Positions 48,201-61,600 of a stretch of 64,000 nucleotides of DNA are shown piece after piece; position 1 is the first letter of the stretch; each line of letters starts with the position of its first letter. The position numbers and the translations under genes were made by a program. The notes below the pieces were generated by a model, which saw only the letters and a list, made by a program, of their open reading frames with translations, was not told the DNA's origin and made no database searches. Source of the stretch: Macrostomum lignano (lineage: Eukaryota); NCBI GenBank assembly GCA_002269645.1, contig NIVC01001300.1, positions 186,001 through 250,000 of the forward strand, read 5' to 3'.

Positions 48201-49802
48201 ATGATTAAAAAACATCAAATTGACGATAAATATTTCATATTTGCGCTTATAGAAATTGTTTTTGTCTTGCTTTGCCATCTATATCGTCAGTAAAATCCAT
48301 AATACCATTGAGAAACTTGCGTCATTTACAATAAAATTCGTTTTAACAGCTGAAAAGAAATCAAAATATCAGCCCAATAGATCTAGCTTTGATTTAATTT
48401 TCAAAATAGAACAAATTCTAACAAATTAGTGATTAATTACAATCGTTTCTTGAACTCACTTCTGCAGCCCGTTGAGTTGGACGAATTCTACGCCTGTCCG
48501 GACAATCCGCTTGACCAGTCATCGAGTCAGGCAACTCAGCCACCGGATCAGCCCCCATCTAAGCCGCCAACCAGTGGTGGTTCAAAGCCAAAACCGAACC
48601 CGAAGCCGAGGCACCTGCAGAAACCGCAGAAGCAGCAGCAGCGGCAGCAGTCAAGCGTGCCGCCCCCTCTTCCAGAGCGGCACGCAATGAGAACTCAGAA
48701 TCAGCTGTTGGTAAGATCTTAATTATGTTAGAAATGAAGTTAAGGACAAGTCAATATGGTAACTTTAGTAGCTTTCAATCGTCTCGATTTTTTATTTTTA
48801 CCTGTATTTACATTTTATCATAATACGAAGTGAAAATTTGTGCAAAAGGTTCATGGGTAATGTCTACTGCTTTTATAAACCAGTGGTATCTAGTGTCCGA
48901 CTGAGATGAGAGCAGGATTTGTTCGTGTAAAACAGGAGTCGACAAACATTTTTATCTTAGGGCCAGATAGGAGGATAAGAGAGAGGAGAGGAGATAAGAG
49001 AGAGTAAAGAGGAGAGAGGAGAGAGGAGAGAGGAGAGAGGAGAGGAGAGGGGAGACTGGAGAGCGGAAAGAGGAGAGGAGGGGAGAGAGGAGAGAGTAGA
49101 GAGGAGAGTATAGATGATAGGCGAGAAGAGAGAAGAGAGGATAGGTGAGAGGAGAGAGGAGAGAGAAGAGAATTGATGAAATGCGAGAAGAAAGGAAAGA
49201 GAATAGGAGAGGATAGAAGGGGCCACATGTGTGTGGCCCGCGGGCCGGATTTTGCCGAGCCCTGCAGTATAACATCCAAAGTCACAAATTCTCATAGCTA
49301 TTGTTCACACCGCCATCAAATAAGCCATCAAATCGCGTGACTGATGTTCAAAGTGCCGATTTACAATTTTGACAATTTTGAATATTTGCTACTTTTGCTA
49401 CGCGCTTATGCCAACGTTTACAGTTTTTGTTGCGCAGTTTTGCCAGCCCAGAGCCAGATGCTGATGCAGTCATTATTCAGGGCCCGATAACGCACTGACC
49501 ATATAGAAAATTTCTTCGGGCTTTTGATGATCCCGCAACTTCCGGTTTACAACCAGCAGTATGGGAGTTTATTATATAATCAGATTATTTCTACACAGGT
49601 ATCGTACATACATATAATAATTGTATTTTTTCAGACCGCTGAAGAGTCAGCCGCTAATCTGGAAGACCCCGGAAATGTCTATGATGAGCTCGATAATCAC
49701 CCGACCAGTTTGCCGGATTCTTCTGGTGGACAGCAGCAACCGCAAGCAGCAAAAATAGATTTACCGGCCAGAGTCGATTCAAGTAAAATCGCTCGTTTCT
49801 AA
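45274..49802 (+). CDS. Gene E: single-EGF type I membrane protein with about 386-aa Tyr/Pro-rich tail
   Basis: Exons 45274-45361 (signal), 45470-45628 (EGF), 45783-45889 (TM VAIAVGIVGLLGWIILITLVVLFVVLL), 45979-46185, 47001-47342, 47690-47890, 48468-48710, 49635-49802; phases consistent; last two exons resemble those of gene F. Confidence 0.8.
46455..46660 (-). mobile_element. Short LINE 3' fragment
   Basis: PAVMQARLTYLG resembles [12 protein letters not shown] of the other LINE copies; ends cagctaagtcaag. Confidence 0.55.
48933..49264. mobile_element. hAT-like MITE with GA-rich (agagg) interior
   Basis: Imperfect TIR CAGGAGTCGACAAA / CAGGGCTCGGCAAA and subterminal ggcccgcgggcc; no clear TSD. 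Confidence 0.5.
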
Positions 49803-51689
49803 AAAAACTGCTAAAAATTTCGACTATTTCAAATATTTAATATCACACTGTAATACAATATAATTTATGATATCGGTACGCTTGTGCGAGCTACAATATA
49901 ATAGTTTCGTTGTTTTAACACGATTAATTCCGTATTTACCTATATGTGACGCATATCCAGTGAGTGGAATATTATTTTTTAAGCAGTTTTTGCCAGGGCT
50001 TGGTGCTCTAATATTCAATTTTTTTATTTTGCTTCTTAAGCACATTAATTTTCACCGAACGTTATCTAATAACTAGTTTGTTCGGATTTGATTAAATCTT
50101 TTAGGTCAAACATTACTTTCTCTTCTTAAAGTTCAATTATTATTCATTTTGCGCTTTTTATTAGCTAGCAAGCATCTCATTTTGTGCTATTTATGCTACG
50201 TTATTTTCTGCAAGCAAGTTTCACTCAGTTATATTTAAATGTAACAAAGATAAGTACGTGGGGTCCTGATGCAATAATTGCTTTTTTGTGAAATTCAAAG
50301 CAATTTCTATGTTCGAGCGTCTGGAATCCAGCGTATTTTATTAGTTGATCATCGTTTTTTTCTGAGTATTCATGTAATATAGAGTAGAACTCATTTCCTG
50401 TACTATTCTTGCGCCTTTTTAAACCTGAGGAAATCTAAGCTTTCATTATGTCATTAAGAATTAGCGGCTTCTAAAATCGTTTTTTCTATAAATTACTTGT
50501 TTCGAATTCCTCTTGACGTTCAAGCGCTGTTTTTGAGCGTGAACCTGTACAGCGCTTTGGCACGAAGGCACAGGAGTGCGACAATCAGTTCCTTTAATTA
50601 CGACATTCTGGCACAGTGTTGCTTGTTCGTAATGCATGAATGGCGTTGAGGCTGTTGAAGACGTGCTCCAGCTTGGCTTTTCAGCAAGAAATTTTCTGTT
50701 GAAATCTGAACTCATCTAGCAAATTAATTTTAAGGTTAAGTGAGCTAAATTTAGCTAATTTTAAATAGCTAAATGATTTAAAACACAGATTTAAGATAAT
50801 TGTAAACAAGTGTTTGCGCCCCGGATGATACATGAAATTGTTTGAGAGGCTGTTTTTGCTATCTTTAAAGTCCGTACGAAAGCATAAAAATGTTTTTTTT
50901 CTACGCATAATGAGTGTCTCTGCTACGGTGCAGTGTTGTTGGCGTCTCAATAAAACATGGAATATGAAATCACAACGCGTTTATTCAAATTGTTTATAGT
51001 CTTCAGTTTGAAACTTTTTGTTAGTAAAAGACGTAGATGTTTGTATAGTATCTGCAGTATTGATTTGTAAAATATTCCTTTTTGATTGCAAGAATCTAAT
51101 ATCGGTATTATATATTGTTTCTTCAGCTTACATGAAATTACGTGGCTTTCGGTCGGCTATATGATTATATACTCACAACTTGTTACTTCGTGACAGAGAA
51201 GATGATTAAAAGTCAAAATCAAAAGATGGAGTTGTCTCCTCCGAAGACACGGCCATGTCTCATATATTATGAAACAAAGGAATTTATCTCAGTGAATACA
51301 TTAACCAGGAATGACTGCTGCTGTGAGTTTTAATATAAAAACAATAATTTGTTTCACTATTAATACGAATTTTACTTGTTTTGGGCTACAGTTTGTTTTA
51401 ATTGTTTGTTTTTCTTATCAAATAGTGATACAAAGTAAAAAGTGAAACTAATAAGTTATTTAATTATTTCTTTTTAGTACTTTCTCAGTTCCTGTGTGCA
51501 CTTTTTAATCCACTGATGCCTTCTGTCTACTACACGTATCTCACAGTTGAGCATCAAGCAGATCTGTCGCCACGGATTTTATGGTTTGGCGAGGGGCGGG
51601 GGGCAAAGCGAAATTCCCGAACAAATAAGTCCTAAATTGTTTAGGAAATTGGTATTTTGCTAGTACTGATTTCTCGGCGTCGTAGGCAC

Positions 51690-52195
51690 TCATTTTAGCG
51701 CCGCAGACACTCATCTTGGCGCCGCAGACACTCATCTTGGTACCGCAGACACTCATCTTGGTACCGCAGACACTCATCTTGGTACCGCAGACACTCATCT
51801 TGGTACCGCAGACACTCATCTTGGCACTGCAGACACTCATCTTGGCACCGCAGATACTCATCTTGGCACCGCAGACACTCATCTTGGCACCGCAGACACT
51901 CATCTTGGCACCGCAGACACTCATGTTGGCACCGCAGATACTCATCTTGGCACCGCAGACACTCATCTTGGTACTGCAGACACTCATCTTGGTACCGCAG
52001 ACACTCATCTTGGTACCGCAGACACTCATCTTGGTACCGCAGACACTCATCTTGGCACCGCAGACACTCATCTTGGCACCGCAGACACTCATCTTGGTAC
52101 CACAGACACTCATCTTGGCACCGCAGACACTCATCTTGGCACCGCAGACACTCATCTTGGCACCGCAGACACTCATCTTGGCACCGCAGACACTC
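51690..52195. repeat. 21-bp minisatellite (ggcaccgcagacactcatctt)
   Basis: Tandem array; its reverse complement resembles the variant units ending the 24530-25710 array. Confidence 0.96.
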
Positions 52196-52419
52196 TTTTT
52201 TGAGCGTTGCATACACTCATTTTACTGCCACAGGTCCTTCATTTTAGCTCCTCTCAGTGGCGACACCCCTGGTACCAAGTGTACATCAACATTAAGTAAA
52301 AAATAATGCTTATACTAAACACTTTCTACTTAACCTGAACTGTCTGCCTAGGTGATCTTAGGTGCAGATTGTGAAAAAATTTCTGCTGCTCCGCTAAACC
52401 CTGTGAATTTTGAGCATCG

Positions 52420-54500
52420 GAGTTACTTACTTACACCTAGGCAATACCACTCGGATCAACCAGTGGGTGGCTTCTAAGCACAGGGAGAGGTGGGCTAACG
52501 CCCCCGACTGCCGGCAATCTCGCGCGGCTGTCCCCTGTCCTTCCTCCGCCCTGCGCAGGGCCCTGCTTGGACTCAACCGCAGGGACATCAGGGCGGTAAC
52601 CAGGCCCTCTCGGGTCATGGCTGTTTTGCCAGGCATCGTCACCTCCAGGGGAAAATCCGCAGTGAGGAATGCCCATTCTGCCTCTCCGGTGTCGAAAATG
52701 CGGAGCACTTCATCTGTGAATGCCCCGCCTTTACTCAGGACAGGCTCACCTACCTTGGCCCAAACCAGGACCTCTCCGACGTTTTCAGGCCCGAGAATCT
52801 CTGCCAGCTCGACCGCTACCTAAGGGCTACCGGGCGAGCGACAATCCACTGGGCTCTCCGGGGGGGACCGCGCTGGGGACACCGGTGTTAGAGTTTATGA
52901 TCTCCGCGTTTTAGGGTCTCCGGCCCGGAGATCACAAACTGAAAATTGTGTCATTTTAAGATCGCCCACACGGAGATCGGAAACCATAACATAAGATAGA
53001 GTTACAGGTCTCCGCCGTGTTAGGATCTCCGCGGTTCTTTTCTATATGAAAATTATCGCTACTTCTATGTACATCGAGATTGGCACCCCAAAGTGTGAGC
53101 ACTCTTGCGTAACTTTCAATAGGCTTTGCACATTTTGGAGATCAGCTTTGTACTCATATTTTATGGGTGGCGGGAAGCGCTGTAAAAATTTATATTGGGC
53201 AGATGATAAGAAAGGTTTGTGCTGTGTGATTTTCGTCGATTTCTGCATTTCAAAGCTTGATGGCTTCGCTCAATCAAATATTTTCTACGTCCTAAACAAT
53301 GAATATACGCAGGTACCAGCCAGATTGGACGCCAAAGATAAGGCCAACTTAAAAAGACGTATTAGAGAAAAGAGCAAGCGTTTCTCCATCCATGACGGAG
53401 CGCTTTACTACAGGGTGACTAATAAGGACGACAGTCAGCGAATGCGGCCTGAAGACCATCGCAGAGTACTTTTCACAGAGGAAGAGGTACGGGATAAGAT
53501 CCGCAGCCTTCACTCGAAAGGAAGTCACGTGGGTGTCAACAGCACAGTGAGCCTTTTTACTGCACGATACTATGCTGACATTCCCGTCACACCGATTGCC
53601 ATGGCAGTGGTCGAGTCTTGTGACAGGTGCGAGCTGGTCACACCGTGGGAGCAGCTGGGGTTCAGGATCTGAAGCGAGGGGACAGAGTTAGGCTTCGCAA
53701 TCTTCGTAGGGACGATCGGAAGGGTGGTAAGATGCGATACACTTGGAGTCAGCAAGTCTACATCGTGACCAGGTGTCTTGGTCAAAACGTGTACAGGCTA
53801 GGAGGACTAACCATGTGTGTCAATAGGAAACACCTCAAGAGATGCTTCCTCCAAGCACCGGGCTGAAAGTGCATCACCGGTTTTTCACTAAGCGGACATT
53901 TACTTCATTACTTTAACAGTAAACAGTTTTCCATTTAAATACACAGTTGTGCGAGCATATACATATAAAACTAATGCTACGTTGATGATAAAAATGCCTT
54001 TCCACTTCTTATACATGTACGCGTTCAATACCATGACCATTGGTTTTACACAAATGGGGGGAGATCGGAAACCGGAGATCCTAAACCAAGACTTTGTTTT
54101 TGCGGCCCTGACGGAGAGCTGAAACTGGTTTAGAGTCTCCTATGGGGAGATCAGAAACTGGTTTAAGATCTCCGGGTGCGGAGACCTGAAAATGCCCCGG
54201 AGACCCTTAAACGGTTTCAGATCTCCTACCCCGGAGACCCATAACCGTTAGAAGTCTCCAGGGGAGATCCTAAACGGTTTAGGGTCTCCGGGCGGAGATC
54301 CTAAACCGTTTAGGGTCTCCGCCCCGGACACCCTAAACTGACCGGACCCCCGGAGATCCTAAACCATAACACCGGCACTACCGGAACTCCCTGCGCGGCA
54401 CCACAGCACCAGCTGCCCGTGGTCGCCAGGGGTTAGCGAAATGGGCGGCAACGCCTCCTCGCTGTTTCCGGACGCACGGAGCCCCCTGCAGCTAAGTAAG
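52420..54500 (+). mobile_element. 5'-truncated LINE 3' end (LOA/R1-like), interrupted at 52886-54371
   Basis: W...CRQSR...[13 protein letters not shown], one frameshift, then LSGHG...CPFC...[13 protein letters not shown] knuckle; resumes at 54372 collinear with the 27655-27960 copy. Confidence 0.8.
52886..54371 (+). mobile_element. Ginger-like DNA transposon, internally deleted (1486 bp)
   Basis: TGT...ACA ends, imperfect TIR TGTTA-GTTTA-GATCTCCG, TSD CCGG (52882-52885, 54372-54375), subterminal ggagatc repeats, integrase N-terminal H-x4-H...C-x2-C and C-terminal segments but no DDE core. Confidence 0.85.
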
Positions 54501-55681
54501 ATACAAAGTGAAAAGAGAGATGGAATCCCATCCCTGAATGCTGAAACTCCCTGAACTTTGGTGCAAGTGCTCAACCGTCATGGCCGTATGCCCAGGAGTC
54601 GGCGGAATGCGGAGAATTTTCTCGCCACTGGCTTAAGGACGAATTCGTCGAACACGTTACGCCAGGGTGCCCCATAAGCAATGTAGAAATTTGTAAAACT
54701 GCAAGTCTGAATCAACGAGTTAATAAAAAAGCAAATAAATTATCTAGAGAGTAAATAAAGTCTAGCTCTTTATCTCTACCAGGTAAAACTATTCCTATTT
54801 TGGACGTTGCTCAATCTTTAATATTAGGCCTTAAGATGCCCTAAGCTAGGGTACGTATTTTTTCGCTTAAGTACTCGTTACTCGCGGTTGCATTTTCGAA
54901 ATTTGTTTATAAAAAAAACTGAAGATCCACCTTGGCCTCAGTGTCAAAAGGGTATAGTTCGGTCTAAAAAGGACCGTGCTGAAAACAAAAGCATGCCAAA
55001 CCCAAGACTGACTGGTAAAAGCTAGTTTATCTAACTGTACATTAGCCATATGTAGCTCGTATTATCTAACTCTATAGAAGTCTTTTCGACCCAATATGAA
55101 CGCATCTATGGGTTCATTGTTCAAATAGAATCCGTAATTATATTTAAGGCTGTAGTGATAAATGAACACGTAGAGATAGAGTGAAATACGAGAAGTGTAA
55201 GCTAGAGAGATGCTATAAGTCCATGAACATTTTTGCATAGCTGCAGCGGGGGTAAGAGAATTTTTCTGTGTTTTTTGTTTTCGTGTTTTCATACTGGCTG
55301 AGAGAGTTCTCTTTCTGTGTGTATGCATCTAAATATATTTATATATATATATATATATGTCTATATATCTTTCTATTTCATGACAAATAGAAGCGAATAG
55401 ACTGCCGGATATGCGTCTATTTAATTTGTGCCTCACCCCAAGGAATCCAGTATAATAAAGCTTTTTTAGTGTTGAGCCGTTCCAAGAATCCTTTTTACAG
55501 ATATCTATACATTTTTCTGTAGAGTTTCTAAATAAGTCTAGTATCCATCTCATATCGATAACTCAGGTAAGCAGATATATTTTATTTTACAACCTAGTTC
55601 GATTTATTATAGCTTATATGACATGCTTACATGCTTATCTTCTTACATGTAGTGTAATTTCAAAACCTCAGACCGCGCACA

Positions 55682-58600
55682 ATGTCTTCACGACACCAGA
55701 GCTACCTGTCAAATCTATCAGCAATCGTAATTGGCTTCAGTTATTGCTTCTGCCTGCTTTCGGCTGCTGGATCGGCAAAGGATACGATACAGCAGCTTGA
55801 TCCTGATGGTATGCATAGATGGTATCCATTTATCGAAATAAACTCAGTTTAGCTCATTTTTTATTTACTGAGTAAAATTCGTTTGTTTATCTTTTAAGTA
55901 GTAAGTAGCATTTTTGCAGCTGCAATCGCCTCATTAAATACCCAGGAGTCGATGACTTTTCCTTGCTAAATCGACAGCGCAGGGAAACCTGCGATTCTTT
56001 GGAATGCGTCAACGGTGGCATCTGCAACAGCAGCGAGCCGGTTTGCTCCTGCCCGAAGCCCTACTCAGGAGACAATTGCAGCGTCACAGATGACTACTGC
56101 AGCAAGCTGCAACCGGATATGGGTATCGACTCGTTGCCAGTCTGTTTGAACGGCGGATTATGCAGTCCCATAGAGACAGAGCCTTTCTTTAATTGCAGCT
56201 GCAGCATCAACTACACAGGTAAAAACTTCATTTTCATCCGTTGCAGTAATTTTTTAAGCAACGCACACACACACACACACACAAGATCACACATTGATGT
56301 TGAAAACTTTCCAGGCAATCGATGCGAACTATTTGAGGCCTGCTCCATTCGGAAACCGTGCAGCAATGGACTTTGTGTTGGAACAAGTAGCGGCAAAAAC
56401 TGCAGCTGCTTTGCAGGATGGACTGGCGCTTCTTGTGCTACAAATGTCAATGACTGCCAAACTGGGCTGTGCAAGAATGGAGGCGAATGCATTGATGGAA
56501 ACTCAACGTGAGTCAAATTCCAGGTCATTTGGTACGTACGGGGGCGTAGCGGTCTAGCGCGGCGCTCTGCTGCGCCAGCGACCCAGGCTCGATTCCAAGT
56601 GCAGCCAAATTAATTCGGGGCTAAATTGGAATCTCGGCTTGGCTCTGCTCGTGTAATTAGTGGTCTTGAGAGCCAATAAATTTATCGTTTTATAAAGGCC
56701 CTGTGTGAGTGCGTCTGTGTGCGTGTTCCTGCTCAGGGGAGTTGACGGAATGGGCAGTAATGCCTCTTGCCGGTTGCGTGACGATGTCACTTAAAGTGCG
56801 ATAGGGTGCCACAGCCTCTGCCTCTAATGAACGAATAATCTGGTTATTTGGTCCGAAAAGTAAGGCAGTTTGTTCAATTCATCGTTTTCCATATTTTTTC
56901 AATGCTCATAATGCATAGAAACTGCATACTGAACAATCACTGTTCTCACATTGTTAAACTGACAAGAGCAACTCTAATTTTCCTGTAATTTATTTCTAAT
57001 TAAACTATAGGTACACCTGCAACTGCTCCAAAACGGACTTCTCTGGTCCCAACTGCACTAATCCGATTAACGACTGCCAGCCGAATCCCTGCGTGAACAA
57101 CGGCACCTGCGTTGACGGCCTGAGAAATTTCACCTGTCAATGCCTGGCAGGCTTCTCCGGCAGAAACTGCTCCATCGATCATCCCGACTGCATTCCCAAC
57201 CCGTGCCCCGCGAATTCAGCCTGCCTCGAGCGAAGCAATCGAAGTCTGTACGGCATTCCGTCTCTGCCAGCTCCGTTCAATGGCCAGTTTCGGTACTCCC
57301 TGGCGGCTGGATACGTGTGCGACAAGGGCTACGGCAGCGGTGAGTGCTGGGTACCGCTGCTAAAACAAGCAGAGGCGGATTCAGAAATATAAACTGGGGG
57401 AGGCGGATTTTAACCAAAAGAGTGGGGGGGGGCGCCATAATATACACTAGAGAGACGCTATAATTTACACTAGAGGGGCGCCATAGTATACAGTAGAGAG
57501 GCGCCATAATATTCACTAGAGTGGCGCAAAAATGTACACTAAAGTGGCGCCATAATATACAATAGAGTGGCGCCATAATATACACTAGAGAGGCGCCATA
57601 ATATACACTAGAGTGGCGCCATACTATACACTAGAGTGACGCCATAATAAAAACACTAGAAGGGCGCCATACTATACACTAGAGGGGCTCCGTAATATAC
57701 ACTAGAGGGGCGCCATAATATACACTAGAAGGGCGCCATTTTCTACACTAGAAGGGCGCCATACTATACACTAGAGGGCGCCATAATATACACTAGAAGG
57801 GCGCCATACTGTACACTAGAGGGGCTCCGTAATATACACTAGAGGGCGCCATAATATACACTAGAGTGGCCCCATAATACACACTAGAGAGGCGCCATAA
57901 TATACAAATGAGGGGCGCCATACTATTCACTAGAGTGGCGCCATACTATACTCTAGAGGGGCGCCATACTATACAATAGAGTGGCGCCATAATGTACACT
58001 AGAGTGGCGCCATAATGTACACTAGAGTGGCGCCATACTGAGAAAACGGGGGGCAATGAGGACCTTTTTTAGTTCAAAGGAAATGGGACCCCATCATTGC
58101 CAGCCATAAGGGGGCGTCGCCCCCCCCCCCTGAAATCCACCACTGCCACCAAGGGGCAGACTGTGAATGCCTGACAATTAGAAAATCAGGGCCGCTGCAC
58201 ACCTCTGTGAGCATATGAGAATATAAGCTACTCGATACTTTTTTATAACAGGCTAACACTGAAATGCCTATGCTACATGATAGAAGTATTTTTATGATGA
58301 AGTTCTTGCTTTTTACATATGGTCAGAAAATACTGTTTTAAAACAAATGTAAGGCTATGAGCGTAATGTACTTGCGCAATAAGTTATTAATTGTTTTGTC
58401 GCTAAATGAATATAATGACTAAAGATTGTCTTTGTGTAAACAGCCAAGACTCATATTGAGAAATAACTCACGAGGTCTGAGTTGGGCCAGTTGCTCAAGG
58501 TAAATATGAAGAACGTTTTTTTCACCTCTTGGCCATAGAAAGGTCCAGAAGGCGGCCCTCAGCCCATCGTTTCCTTATACCACTCCCTTCTCTCTCTTGT

Positions 58601-61600
58601 GCTTTAAACCTCACCCTCTAGTATAGGCGTCCCTGTCTCAGATGACAACTTATTGTAGCAGGCTTAACCATTAATTATGCGACAGGTAGGATCCCCAAAA
58701 GTTTAGTCTAATTCTACCTCGCTTCTAATCGCTTACAAACTAAGAAATAGCTCTGAGTTTGAGCAACCGCTCAAATATCTTTTGAATAAATATTTATCTC
58801 AAACTTGGAGCGAACTCTCAACCACCCGATCAGTTGTTTATTCGCATAAAACCATAGACATAAAATGGTTAAAAAATTCATTTGCTTTGCTTTGCTCAAG
58901 AAAATACTAGCAAATGCTTTAAAAAAATTGTCTATGACCACAGTTTATTCTATACTGCTGCGAGTCTCTATACTCAATCACAGAGCTCATTCGCCCAAGA
59001 TGCAACCAGTCTTACTATTCTTACTGATATTGATAGTTTCGTTGAGTTTGAGCAATTGCTCATTTTATTTATATTGCCTGAGAAATCGGTAAAACAATAT
59101 AGCTAAATACAGACATTAGTAAAGTTTGTAACCAGCTCATTTAATAAAACCCATTTGAGACAATTATCTAGTTTTTCACGCGCCTCACTTCAGGGCTACG
59201 CCATCCTAAACTGTCAATAACCAATCAACTTACATGCACTCATCATTGATTGTAGAACTGCTGAAAGAGAGACACACGGGAATTGGCATTGGAGCAGCGG
59301 CTGGATTTGCTTTCTGTGCACTGCTAGCCGTCATCATCATTCTCGCAGTGCTCAGTGCTTACAAACACGTGAGTATAAATTCCAAATACTGACCAGCTAT
59401 CACATTTTATGTTCTGAAAGTGTTCATATGAATTAAAATATTGACATTTATAATTTATTAATTTTAGAAAAAGATTTCTCTTGGTTGTTTTAGCCGACGT
59501 GATGCTGACTACATTGATGAGGTGAGCACCGTTTTGAGTGTGCAGAGAAGACGCCACCCACAATCCCTAGTTTGATTCTTTAACTTAGCTTAACTTAACT
59601 TTCCTTAACTTAAATTCGAGGGCTTAGGCGCCCCTGGTGCTGGCGCCCCTGGTGCTGGCGCCCCTGGTGCTGGCGCCCCTGGTGCTGGCGCCCCTGGTGC
59701 TAAAGCCCCTGGTGCTGGCGCCCCTGGTGCTGGCGCCCCTGGTGCTGGCGCCCCTGGTGCTGGCGCCCCTGGTGCTGGCGCCCCTGGTGCTAAAGCCCCT
59801 GGTGCTGGCGCCCCTGGTGCTGGCGCCCTGGTGCTGGCGCCCTGGTGCTGGCGCCCTGGTGCTAAAGCGCCCTGGTGCTAAAGCCCCTGGTGCTAAAGCC
59901 CCTGGTGCTAAAGCCCCTGGTGCTAAAGCCCCTGGTGCTAAAGCCCCTGGTGCTAAAGCCCCTGGTGCTAAAGCCCCTGGTGCTGAAGCTCCACAAACCT
60001 ATTGCAATTTTTTGCCGTTTTATTTTATATTGCTTAGAATTTTCGATATCGTATTTTCATCGCATTTTTATGTAGGCTTCTCACAGTCAAAATGCGGCTG
60101 GAGACGGGCATCATGAGCCCAAGCCGTCTGGAAGCTCGTCCGTCGCAGGCGCATCCGACAACCGCAACGGTAATGCAGTCTCTACTGACAGTCGGTGCAC
60201 TTATGTGGACATGACTCAGAACCCTCGGTATACGGGGTCAAGTCAGAATGTCAATGCGTCTGAGGAAACTCGAGAGTCTGTAAGCAGTTTTTTGTTACTT
60301 GTGGTTATTTTTTATTTATCAAAGTAGTTAGGTATTTACAACGGACAGACCTACTTTGTATGATTATTAATGTTGGAACATACTCGTACCTAATAACATT
60401 GATGCCAACTGCCATGCATGTAGTTAACTCAACATTGTGCCGGACCAGGTACTCAAAACAAACCAGGTATATATTGGCCAAACAGTTTAGCTTGAAAAGC
60501 TTCCTTGTAGGGTTGTAACCACAGGTACTAAATACCTTTTAATTTTATGGGTATTTAGTGTCTGTGGTTATAACCTCTTAATTCGTTAGATTTTTAAGCT
60601 CCTAAAACAGCTATAATTTTTTGAATTATTTAAACAAATCAACAAATGTCCTCTGAATCCCAAATAGAAATGTAGTTTTCTTTAGTTTCTTTATCAAAAA
60701 AGTATTGAAATATCGATATTCACCTAGGAGAGTTTTTTTTTGTTTTTATGCAAAACAAAATTGAAGTCATCGATCGGATCGTTGCTGCCTTAATTATTAA
60801 AATCAGCATTCGTTGGTTGATAGTATGGCGGGGTTATAACTTAGGCATATTGAGTACGCTTAGTTTTAAAAAGCATTTTGTAGTAGATATTAGAAGAAGT
60901 CTAGACTGCAACTTTCTTGTTTTAAAAACAATGATCCATTGATGTTTTGTTAAAATCACGTAATTCGTGTTTGACTTTCGTGTTTGACTTTTTCCAGTCG
61001 ATCTACGTCGCTCCGGACGTAGCTGCTGCTGATGCTGAAAATTTGGTATGTATGAACGTTACCTCGTATTTCTGCGGTCGCTTGCAATCGTATTTATGCA
61101 TTTTCAACTTTGTCTCAATCTTAACTTTGTGATCATGCAGGCCGATCACGATGAAACCTACGAAGCACCAAATGCAAATACCCCCCAAAAGGTTACACCT
61201 GAACAAATAGAACCCTTTGCAGTTCAGGTTAGTTAGTGAAAGTGTTTGCTATTAAGTAATTATGCTTGAAGCTTCCATCGCAAAATAGAAATTCTTTTTT
61301 TTAAAGCAGCAGAGATCCATCGCACTTGAAGCCGTTCAAGAGGACGCAGAACCTGACGATACAAACGAAGTTTATATGGTGGCTGATGTCCCTTTGCATG
61401 GGCCTGAATATGGAAGAACTGAAAAATTAGAAAAAACGAATTCTACCTCTGAAGTGAAGACTAAAGCAGATCTGGAGAACACGCCTGGTGCCGCGGGTTC
61501 GTTACCGTGTCTGGCATCTGGTGCGGGGCCGTCTAATACTGAGCAAATGAATCTCAGACGAACTGAGTCCAATGTAAGCTGAACACTGTATTCTGAATGT

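Noticed and set aside
56540-56606. Functional tRNA gene
   Set aside because: Internal boxes are present but no convincing cloverleaf; treated as a SINE-like head.
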